64,000 nt of DNA from Candidatus Buchananbacteria bacterium. GTDB lineage: Bacteria; Patescibacteriota; Patescibacteriia; 2-01-FULL-39-33. The notes under the pieces are model-generated. The model saw only the letters and a program-made list of their open reading frames with translations. It searched no databases and was not told where the DNA came from. Each line of letters begins with the position of its first letter. Position 1 is the first letter of the stretch. The stretch is taken from positions 20,671-84,670 of the forward strand of contig CAIOLF010000046.1 of NCBI GenBank assembly GCA_903859075.1, given 5' to 3'. Of the stretch, positions 19,006 to 27,145 are shown piece by piece. Position numbers and translations under genes: made by a program.

Positions 19006-20385
19006 TTATTCTATCACTTTAATAATACTTTTGGCTTCAAAATATTCCAATGGCACGATTTTAACGTCGCTTAAGGCCTGCCTTTCCGGCGAATCTTGGG
19101 GTAAACTGTCAATTCTTGCCTCAAGCCATCGCTTTACTTTGTTGGTTTCATTTTTTGGCGCCCGAATCTCTTTTAGTTGTCCGTTTTCTATCGGCTGTTT
19201 TGTCCTTCTTTCCGAAACCAGCCCTGATGTCAGAGTATCCAAATCTTCCCCTGGCAGATCTTTACCTTCATAAATCAAAATCGTAGGAAAGGGGTCGGTC
19301 ATTTCCTGCCGCATTTCTGGCGTTTCATTCTCATAAGTTCTTATTCCATTTTCCAGTTTCGCGATCTCTTGCGACTTTTTGTCAATTTTCCATTGTTCGC
19401 CTCCCTGCTTTAATCTATCTCTCTCTTCATTCAGCGCAACTAACTTTTTTCTTGATTGTTCCGGGTCAAAATAATATTTTCGTTCCTGCAGTCCCTGCAT
19501 TTTTTCAGCCATTAATTCTTCGTCTGAAATTTCCTTGTCACCTTTCATTATTTTTATGGCGGATTCTACTTGGACTCGCTCCTTAGCGCCGAGCTTTGGC
19601 AATTCTGCAAAAACCGTTTTGACAATATCCTCTTCACAGCCGATTCCCATGATGTCTTTTTTATCCAAAGCCAATCTTGACTGCTGTTCATTTTTCCTCG
19701 CATAAAAATAGCTGACGGTTTCCGATTGATCATAGCCGCCGATTACAAAAGATGTCGTATCAATTTCCTCGCCGGTAGCCGCCTGTTCACCGGTGGCGAT
19801 ATTCTTCTTTGATTCCAATGCCCCGTGTTCCAAAATCTTGGCCAAGCCGTAAGAACCGGTGCTATGGTAAATGGGCATATCGGCCAGAGCTTCCTGGGGC
19901 CGGGAATAATGACCCAGCGCTTCTTCAAAAACCTTCGTCTTTGAGCCATCGCTATCCTTTTCCTTGATAAGCTTTCTGGCTTTGGCAATTACCTCTTCCG
20001 CATTCCCTCCCAGCTCAAGATTATTGAACAATGTCAATCTCTTTTTTTCTGCGGCCAATGAATCGAATCTCTCGTTTTCTTTCTGCGCCTGCTCAATAAC
20101 GCTATCTACTAGATTTGCATGGATCATTTCTGTGCTTTCATCGCCAAGCCTTTTACCAAGTCCGCTCTCCAGTTCTGCGAGTTTTGATTGATATTCCATT
20201 TCCCTTTTAACTTGTATCATATCCATTTCTTCCTGGGTGGCAGCTTTGTGATTATATTCAGCTAATTCTTTATTAATTTGTTCAACTCTACTATTCCTTT
20301 TTTCAGTTATAGTTTGCGGAGCCACCTCGGCTTTTGGCTGTTCAATTATTTCCTTTTTATTGGATTGTTGTTCGTGGTCATTCAT
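19006..20385 (-). CDS. Hypothetical coiled-coil protein with putative ADP-ribosyltransferase-fold domain
   Basis: IYHSTGSYGLAKILEHGALES and late SERRTKQPIENGQLKEI strand. Confidence 0.6.
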   Translation of the reverse strand: MNDHEQQSNKKEIIEQPKAEVAPQTITEKRNSRVEQINKELAEYNHKAATQEEMDMIQVKREMEYQSKLAELESGLGKRLGDESTEMIHANLVDSVIEQAQKENERFDSLAAEKKRLTLFNNLELGGNAEEVIAKARKLIKEKDSDGSKTKVFEEALGHYSRPQEALADMPIYHSTGSYGLAKILEHGALESKKNIATGEQAATGEEIDTTSFVIGGYDQSETVSYFYARKNEQQSRLALDKKDIMGIGCEEDIVKTVFAELPKLGAKERVQVESAIKIMKGDKEISDEELMAEKMQGLQERKYYFDPEQSRKKLVALNEERDRLKQGGEQWKIDKKSQEIAKLENGIRTYENETPEMRQEMTDPFPTILIYEGKDLPGEDLDTLTSGLVSERRTKQPIENGQLKEIRAPKNETNKVKRWLEARIDSLPQDSPERQALSDVKIVPLEYFEAKSIIKVIE

Positions 20386-20547
20386 ATATCTCTATTTTAC
20401 CATTATATTAATGAATCTCAAACCGCTAAAAACAAGACACCTCCCTAATGGAAGGTGTCTTAAATTTGGGTCGCAACCGTGATTTGCTCATACGGATACT
20501 AGCGGATCCAGAGGAGATTGGCTTAATTAAACAGAGATTAAAAAATA

Positions 20548-21348
20548 TTAAACAGTCTTCAGGAATGAATCCGTATACTTAGGTTGCGGTTTTACCGGTT
20601 TGGAAATTTTCCAAATCACCTCAAATTGCTGTTTCATTAAGTTAGTGAAGTCCCTGCTATGCACTACAAAGCCAAAACTTTCCGCCTCGGAAGAAATAAA
20701 AGCGATCTTATCGGAGTACAGCCAATAGCTCATATCCCAATTCATTGGGGACGGTGCGATTCTAAGCTCCCTTAAATGCCCCTTACCAACCCCCAAAAAA
20801 GGATATTCCTTAAGCTTAACCGCTTTATTCGCTGGCCAAATCCCCTTAATTGAGATTTTTTGCTTGATTCTTTTACGATTTAAATCTTCCAAATACTCTC
20901 TTCCCAAGATGTCAACCATATCACTAATCGGCCACATAGTATAGGTTTCTATATTATCATGCCAAAGCATATCTCGCAGTACCTGTCTGATGCCGTCTAT
21001 CCCTGAATAAAATTTAATCTTCGGCTCCAAGGCTGGGCTTGTTTTCAAATTAGACCGCCAATCCTTTATCTTCTTTTTTGCCTTGTTTAGATTATCAATT
21101 TTATCGTCTAATAATCTCTCAAATTCATTTGGCTCATCAATATTAAACATTTTTTTCCCATTTTGTTCCTTTTCGACGACTAAACTATTTTTAATGAGGA
21201 TGCCCAGATTGTCATAAATAGTCGCGCGTGGCAAACCTAAATTCTCCGCCAATTGCCGAGCGGACAAATACCCGGCTTCCGCCAATTTCAAATAGATTCT
21301 ACTGGCAATCTCCGGGATGCTGAGTTCTTTTAAAATCTTATCAATCAT
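20548..21348 (-). CDS. TrmB-family transcriptional regulator
   Basis: N-terminal wHTH (IYLKL..G.LSARQLAENLGLPRATIYDNL), KFYSGIDGI, C-terminal DKIAFIS effector domain. Confidence 0.88.
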   Translation of the reverse strand: MIDKILKELSIPEIASRIYLKLAEAGYLSARQLAENLGLPRATIYDNLGILIKNSLVVEKEQNGKKMFNIDEPNEFERLLDDKIDNLNKAKKKIKDWRSNLKTSPALEPKIKFYSGIDGIRQVLRDMLWHDNIETYTMWPISDMVDILGREYLEDLNRKRIKQKISIKGIWPANKAVKLKEYPFLGVGKGHLRELRIAPSPMNWDMSYWLYSDKIAFISSEAESFGFVVHSRDFTNLMKQQFEVIWKISKPVKPQPKYTDSFLKTV

Positions 21349-21473
21349 ATGACTATATTGATTGTCGCTTGCCGACGGCAGTTTGACACTATTTATTATA
21401 TAGGTTTAAATTAAATAAATCAAATTACGGTATCTGTGCCCGAATATCTTCTAAATTATTAACTAATTGCAAT

Positions 21474-22115
21474 ATGATCGAGAAAATAAAGCACTCAAAG
21501 AAAGTAATTAACGAAGCAATGAATCGGCATCCCAAAATCGCCTTAGCCTGTTCATTTGGCAAGGATAGTATGGTTTTATTGCATTTGGCGCTTCAGCTTA
21601 AGCCGGATATGCCTATTTTTACAATTATGACTCCATTCAAGCCCCGGGAAACCTTTGAGTTTAAGGATCTGGTAACTAAACTTTGGAATTTAAATATTAA
21701 AGAATACATCCAAAAAGATAATATTGGAGCTGAAAAAGAAAAATTATGGCTGAATAATCCAGAAAAATGTTGCGAGTATTTCAAGGTAGAACCAACAATC
21801 AAGGCAATTGACGGTCTGGATGCTTGGATTACCGGCCTGAGGAATACGGAGGGCGAAACTAGAAAAAATTTTAAGGAAGTTGAGCATAAAAAGATAATTA
21901 AAATTAATCCTATTCTTGATTGGACGGAGTTAGATATTTGGCGCTACATCGCTTTTAATCAAATCCCCGTGCATCCCTGGTATAAAAATGGGTACAGAAG
22001 TTTAGGCTGCGAGCCCTGCACTGCTATTATTGCCGATGATCAATCAGAAAGATCCGGCAGATGGCAAAGGACTAATAAATGCGGAGGAGAATGCGGAATA
22101 CATACAAAAATTTAA
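21474..22115 (+). CDS. cysH: APS/PAPS reductase (CC...CxxC iron-sulfur APS-reductase type)
   Basis: SFGKDS, CC, WITGLR, NPILDW, GYRSLGCEPCT, RSGRW, C-terminal ECGIH. Confidence 0.92.
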   Translation: MIEKIKHSKKVINEAMNRHPKIALACSFGKDSMVLLHLALQLKPDMPIFTIMTPFKPRETFEFKDLVTKLWNLNIKEYIQKDNIGAEKEKLWLNNPEKCCEYFKVEPTIKAIDGLDAWITGLRNTEGETRKNFKEVEHKKIIKINPILDWTELDIWRYIAFNQIPVHPWYKNGYRSLGCEPCTAIIADDQSERSGRWQRTNKCGGECGIHTKI

Positions 22116-22136
22116 TTGCCTGTCGGCACATCTTAT

Positions 22137-23063
22137 ATGAAGGACTTGCTTCATTATATTGGCAATACGCCATTAATAAAATTAACCGGGTTCACAACCC
22201 AAAACGATGCCACAATATATGTGAAATTAGAACACTTAAATCCTGCCGGTACGCATAAAGTACGAGCATATTTGAACATGATTGAAAAAATAGAACGGGA
22301 TAAAAAAATCACCAAGAATACGATTTTTGTAGAAGCATCAAGCGGTAATTCAGCAATTGCCGGGGCGTTTATTTGCGCCGTAAAAGGATATAAATTCAAA
22401 GCTTTTATCCCAGATTATGTTTCCAAAGAAAGAGGCAAGATAGTAAAAGCTTACGGAGCGGAGGTTGTGATAAGTAAAATGGAATCTCCATCGCGCCATA
22501 AAGAACAAGCTTTGGAATTCATAAAGCAAGATCCTCAAAATAGAATTTTTATTAATCAATATAATAATTCGGCCAATCCTGAAAGTTTTAAAATTTTAGG
22601 AAAGGAAATTTATAAAAATTGCAATGAAAAAAAAATTATTCCGGACTACTTTTTGTCTGGCGCCGGAACTTATGGACTAATCACGGGGGTGGCTATAAGC
22701 CTTAAAAAATACTATCCAAACATTCAAACTATTCTTATAGAATCACCAACTGCTCCCTATATCCATGCCAAAAGGAATAACTATACTTTTTTGTATCAAA
22801 TACCTGAACTAACCGGGATGGGAGGCGCGTCACTTCCCAAAATTGCCGATGAAAAATTATATGACATTGCGGATGTGGCCGATGAAAAAGATGCCGTAGC
22901 AATGACTAGAAAGTTGGCCAAAGTCGGTTTATTTGTAGGAAAAACATCGGGGGCTAACATCGATATGACTATTAAATATGCTAGAAAACTCGGAAAAGAA
23001 AAAATTATTATCACTAACACGTTTGATACCGGAGAAAGATATTTAAGCGAAAATTTATGGTGA
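22137..23063 (+). CDS. PLP-dependent cysteine synthase family protein (atypical)
   Basis: IGNTPL, KLEHLNPAGTHKVR (PLP Lys), EASSGNS, NQYNN.AN, GKTSGAN, DTGERYLS. Confidence 0.85.
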   Translation: MKDLLHYIGNTPLIKLTGFTTQNDATIYVKLEHLNPAGTHKVRAYLNMIEKIERDKKITKNTIFVEASSGNSAIAGAFICAVKGYKFKAFIPDYVSKERGKIVKAYGAEVVISKMESPSRHKEQALEFIKQDPQNRIFINQYNNSANPESFKILGKEIYKNCNEKKIIPDYFLSGAGTYGLITGVAISLKKYYPNIQTILIESPTAPYIHAKRNNYTFLYQIPELTGMGGASLPKIADEKLYDIADVADEKDAVAMTRKLAKVGLFVGKTSGANIDMTIKYARKLGKEKIIITNTFDTGERYLSENLW

Positions 23064-24145
23064 ATAAAATCCCAAAAATATTCCGAGGAACGCCGTTGCA
23101 TTTGTCAAAATCCGGCCGACTGAATGATTTCGCATATTTGATGATCAACTTGCCATTTTTGTGTAATTACAAATGCAAAAAATGTTTTAATTTGAAAAAT
23201 AATAACTTTTATATTCAAGATAATCCAATAACTACGGATAAAATATTCAAATTAATAAAAGAAGCGAGAGACATGAATGGGAAGGCGGTTATTTTGGCGG
23301 GAGAGGGGGAACCCAGTTTACATAAAAGTATTAAAAAAATTGTCAAAAAGATCGATTCTTCGGGCATGATGACTATTATTTATAGCAATGGAAGTACTCT
23401 AACGGAAGAACTGATTGGCTTTTATGCCGCACACAATGTTTCGTTGGTTATCAGCTTTGATTCATTCTTACCCGAACTCTACCTTAAGTTAACCGGCAAC
23501 AATGATAAAAACATTTTTTTGCAGGTTCTAAAAAATATCAAACAGGCAAGGAAAATTTACGGCAAACTTATTCGGCAGGAAAATGGCTGCCGAGTTGTTA
23601 GATTGGCCTTTAATGCCACTGTTAACGGCTTAAATAAAGAGGAAATGAAAAAAATTAAAGAATTCTGCGGCGATGACATATATTTCATTTGTAATCCATT
23701 GGCTAAATTAGGGAATGCCGTGGGTAATTGGGATGAATTATCATTGGGTAATGACAATTATAAAGAGATTGAGCAGATTATAAGGGAGCTATCAGAGAGT
23801 ACTGGTCCGCTTACCCTGGGCAGCAATGGCCTTTGCGGATACTCAAGTAATGGCATTGCCATTAGCCCCGCCGGAAATTATATGACTTGCGCCTACACTT
23901 CAGCGACGGACGGATTATTGGGAAACGTCTTTAATAAAACATTGTCAGAAAGCTATGCCTACAAGAAGAACCAGGAGCAAAAATTTTATAACACTTATGG
24001 TAATTGTCCGTGCTTGGTTAGATCGCCTAAATTTAAAACATATGTGGAAACATTAGAAAAACAAATTAAAATGAATAATATCTCAATTTATAAAAATTCT
24101 TTAGTTCAACTCCCTTCCTTGCCCAACAAAAAATACCCCAATTAA
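23057..24145 (+). CDS. Radical SAM protein with C-terminal SPASM/twitch-like Cys cluster
   Basis: CNYKCKKC, GEGEP, YSNG, C-terminal CG..AISPAGNYMTC..LGNV. Confidence 0.88.
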   Translation: MVNKIPKIFRGTPLHLSKSGRLNDFAYLMINLPFLCNYKCKKCFNLKNNNFYIQDNPITTDKIFKLIKEARDMNGKAVILAGEGEPSLHKSIKKIVKKIDSSGMMTIIYSNGSTLTEELIGFYAAHNVSLVISFDSFLPELYLKLTGNNDKNIFLQVLKNIKQARKIYGKLIRQENGCRVVRLAFNATVNGLNKEEMKKIKEFCGDDIYFICNPLAKLGNAVGNWDELSLGNDNYKEIEQIIRELSESTGPLTLGSNGLCGYSSNGIAISPAGNYMTCAYTSATDGLLGNVFNKTLSESYAYKKNQEQKFYNTYGNCPCLVRSPKFKTYVETLEKQIKMNNISIYKNSLVQLPSLPNKKYPN

Positions 24146-24210
24146 GGGATATTTTTTGTTTTTGTACTCATTTATCCTAACAATTAATCTAGGTATAATA
24201 AGTACCAAAA

Positions 24211-24287
24211 TGGGTGAGTGACCGGGGTTGAACCGGCAACCGCTCGGACCACAACCGAGTGCTCTAACCAATTGAGCTACACTCACC
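24211..24287 (-). tRNA. tRNA-His (GTG)
   Basis: Cloverleaf GGTGAGTG...TTGTGGT...GGTTCAACCC...CACTCACCCA including G-1 and CCA. Confidence 0.95.
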
Positions 24288-24291
24288 ATAA

Positions 24292-24363
24292 TGCTCCCAC
24301 CAGGACTCGAACCTGGATTTTAGGTTCCGGAAACCCATGTTCTATCCCTTGAACTATAGGAGC
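24292..24363 (-). tRNA. tRNA-Arg (CCG)
   Basis: GCTCCTA...anticodon loop TTCCGGA...GGTTCGAGTCC...TGGGAGCA. Confidence 0.93.
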
Positions 24364-24407
24364 TGAATTGTTTTATCAAAATAGATTAGTTCAATTCCTA
24401 TCTTGAC

Positions 24408-24482
24408 TGGTGTCCCCGCTAGGAGTCGAACCTAGATCCAGAGCTTAGAAGGCTCTTGTTCTATCCGTTGAACTACGGGGAC
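24408..24482 (-). tRNA. tRNA-Arg (TCT)
   Basis: GTCCCCG...loop CTTCTAA...GGTTCGACTCC...CGGGGACACCA. Confidence 0.95.
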
Positions 24483-24530
24483 AAAAAACTTTTAATACAA
24501 CTAAAATAATAACAAAAAAACCCGAAAAAG

Positions 24531-25820
24531 TCAAATACTTTGCCCCTTTTGCCCAGTATTTTTAATAAATGACAAATTCTTATAAATCCCGCCGAAGAGC
24601 TTGATAAAGATTATTAAAACCGCAAAACATAAAATTGCCCAGGCTAAATTAAGCGGAGCCAAAAAACTGTAAAAACTAATAAAGGCAATCAGCAGCCAAG
24701 CTATCTTCTTTTGCCATAAAAACATAAAGCTGAGCGGAATGATAAAGTGCCAAGGATAGGACAGGCACAACAGCAATAATGGCACCAGCAAAGAGGCCAG
24801 AGCGCCGGCTCCGATGTCAGAGATTTTCCCTTTCCAAAACAATCTATAGATAAACAAATACAGCGCTAAAAAAATGATCAAAGAAACCATGACTCCCTCG
24901 GCCGAGCTAAGCCAAGGGAAAAAATCATAAATCAGCAATTTGCCCCGGCCCATTCCTCCGCCGCTGCCGCCGATAAAAGCGGCCCTGATCATCGGCCAGA
25001 ATTTAAATCCTAAAATCAGCTTAAGCAATAAAAGAGAAACGCCACCGGTAATAACAAAATAAATAAATTTTCTGACAATATTCTTTTTGCCGCACCAAAA
25101 AGGCAGCAGGAACCAGCCGTAGATTTTTACCAGTCCCGCCAAAGCGCCGAGCCAAACGCCGAATAATTCTTTTTTCTGGACATACCAAGCAGAAAGCAAT
25201 AAAGCGGCAATAAATATATCCGCGTGCGGCGTCGCCAGATTATTAAAGAGCAGCACCGGACAAAGCAAAAACAGATAAGCCAGCTGTTTTTTACCCGTTA
25301 ATCTGTAAATCAAATAAGCCGACCAAAGGTAGCCAGCCAGATTGAATATTTTAAGTCCTGCCAATCCCAGCCATAATTTATCTAGGGATATAAAATTAAT
25401 CACCACCATCGCCAGCTGCCACAACGGCCCGTAGGGACTGTAAATTTTGGTCCACCAGATATGATAAAAATACGATGAATACTGATCGGCCGGCAGATTA
25501 ATTGGCAGTACCTCATAGGGTGAAGCGTGGTAAGAAGCGATCATCTTTCCGTCAAACAGATAGCGGAAAATATCATAGGAAGTTGTCGGCACGGAAAAAA
25601 TAGCCAAGGCCATAACCGCTAGCGGCAGCAACCATAGCCAACGGGAAATCTTCTGTCTTAGAAACAGAAAAAATAAAACCGCAAAAATAAAACCGCTAAT
25701 AATATACCAAATAGAAGTGAACTCATACGTCGGCTTCTGAACGTATGAATTGAAAAAAATAATGAAATTAACAACCAGATAAGCAAAGCAAAAAAATAAA
25801 CTGCTGATTTTTTTTATCAT
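24531..25820 (-). CDS. GT-C fold polyprenol-phosphate-sugar-dependent glycosyltransferase (MptA/MptB or GT87-like)
   Basis: SYDIFRYLFDG, SPY, SPYGPLW, HAD, LVK, YPWH; polytopic membrane protein. Confidence 0.7.
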   Translation of the reverse strand: MIKKISSLFFCFAYLVVNFIIFFNSYVQKPTYEFTSIWYIISGFIFAVLFFLFLRQKISRWLWLLPLAVMALAIFSVPTTSYDIFRYLFDGKMIASYHASPYEVLPINLPADQYSSYFYHIWWTKIYSPYGPLWQLAMVVINFISLDKLWLGLAGLKIFNLAGYLWSAYLIYRLTGKKQLAYLFLLCPVLLFNNLATPHADIFIAALLLSAWYVQKKELFGVWLGALAGLVKIYGWFLLPFWCGKKNIVRKFIYFVITGGVSLLLLKLILGFKFWPMIRAAFIGGSGGGMGRGKLLIYDFFPWLSSAEGVMVSLIIFLALYLFIYRLFWKGKISDIGAGALASLLVPLLLLCLSYPWHFIIPLSFMFLWQKKIAWLLIAFISFYSFLAPLNLAWAILCFAVLIIFIKLFGGIYKNLSFIKNTGQKGQSI

Positions 25821-25977
25821 GAGGAAGATTAAGCCCCAAAATTCGGAGTTTTAGCCGCTTCCAGGGGCGTTTTATAGATGAATTTTACCCTTATTTTTAT
25901 TATTTTTCAAGCCGGCAACCCTTTGATTATCACCTAAATTATGCTAGAATAGACCTATTAAAACCTCACCCAATCTT

Positions 25978-27024
25978 ATGAAATCCAACCATAACCAAAA
26001 AGTGATTGAATCCCTGCTGGCCCTGCCTGATCAGCTCTCTTCTGCCTGGCAGGAAGGGCAATTTCTCAACGTCAAAAAACTTAGCGGCACAAAATTCAAA
26101 AACATCGTCTGCTGCGGCATGGGCGGCTCCAATCTGGCCATGGAGCTGGTGCGCTCGGTCTACGGCCACCAATTGAAGGTGCCGGTCGTTCTTGTGCGAA
26201 ATTACCATCTGCCTACATTTGCCGGCAAAGACAGTCTGATTATCATCTCCAGCTACTCCGGCACGACCGAGGAAACAATCTCCTGCCTGCGGGAAGCCCG
26301 CCCTAAGAAGCTTAAAATCTTCTGTCTTTCCACTGGCGGCGAAATAATCAGCCAAGCCAAGCGTTACAAATTGCCCTATTACTTGCTGGACCTAAAAAGC
26401 AACCCTTCCGGCCAGCCGCGCTATGGCATCAACTCGCAAATCGGCATTCTCATCGCTTTGCTAAGTAAGCTAAAAATTATCAGCGCTACCACTCGAGAAA
26501 TAGACGCTCTCTCCGCCAACCTAAAAAATCTCAACTTCTCTTATTGGAGCAAAAACGGCGAAGCCAACCCGGCCACTGATCTGGCAGCTCAGCTCGCCAA
26601 CAAGAGCATCATCATCGTCTCAGCTCAATTCCTGGCCGCCAACGGCCACATCCTGGCCAATCAGATAAATGAAAGCGCCAAACAATTGGCCCATCCCTAT
26701 CTTCTGCCGGAACTCAATCATCATCTGCTTGATGGCCTGGCCTTTCCCCGCTCTGTCTCCAAAGCGACAAAATTTGTTTTCCTTAATTCTTCCAACTACG
26801 AAAATAATATCCATAAACGAACAGCCATAACTCAAAAGATATTGAGCCGGCAAAAAATTTCCTTTGTTAATCACTTCTCTCCCGCCTCCAGCCGCTTGGC
26901 CGCTGCGCTAGAAATATTGCTCTTCGGCTCCTGGGTCAGCTATTATCTCAGCGAAATCAATGGCGTCGATCCGACCGATGTTCCTTGGGTGAAATTTCTC
27001 AAAGCGGAACTTAAAAAAAATTAA
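25978..27024 (+). CDS. Bifunctional phosphoglucose/phosphomannose isomerase (SIS domain)
   Basis: GMGGS, SSYSGTTEET, STGG, QPR, NESAK, PELNHH. Confidence 0.9.
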   Translation: MKSNHNQKVIESLLALPDQLSSAWQEGQFLNVKKLSGTKFKNIVCCGMGGSNLAMELVRSVYGHQLKVPVVLVRNYHLPTFAGKDSLIIISSYSGTTEETISCLREARPKKLKIFCLSTGGEIISQAKRYKLPYYLLDLKSNPSGQPRYGINSQIGILIALLSKLKIISATTREIDALSANLKNLNFSYWSKNGEANPATDLAAQLANKSIIIVSAQFLAANGHILANQINESAKQLAHPYLLPELNHHLLDGLAFPRSVSKATKFVFLNSSNYENNIHKRTAITQKILSRQKISFVNHFSPASSRLAAALEILLFGSWVSYYLSEINGVDPTDVPWVKFLKAELKKN

Positions 27025-27140
27025 GGTACTAATATACGAATTATGCTAATGAAACTAATGGATACTAATAATAAATTACTAAAAAATAATTCGTAACCAT
27101 TCGTATCATTAGTATCTATTAGTATATTAGTATCTTTAAT
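27025..27140. repeat. Symmetric array of TAC(T/G)AAT heptamers facing ATT(A/C)GTA heptamers
   Basis: Left: tactaat, tacgaat, tgctaat, aactaat, tactaat; right: attcgta x2, attagta x3, ~9-nt period. Confidence 0.75.
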
Positions 27141-27145
27141 CCCTT

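Noticed and set aside
21474-24145. Dnd/Ssp phosphorothioate system (PAPS-reductase-domain protein plus sulfur enzyme)
   Set aside because: The protein is a short canonical CysH with ECGIH, the partner is cysteine-synthase fold rather than an IscS-type desulfurase, and no DndD/DndE/SspBC-like genes are present.
24101-24289. 62-aa ORF MVSVAQLVRALGCG...
   Set aside because: It is a translation of tRNA-His.
27025-27140. CRISPR array
   Set aside because: Units are 7-9 nt with no unique spacers and no cas genes; the 15-bp repeats at 33215 also lack spacers.
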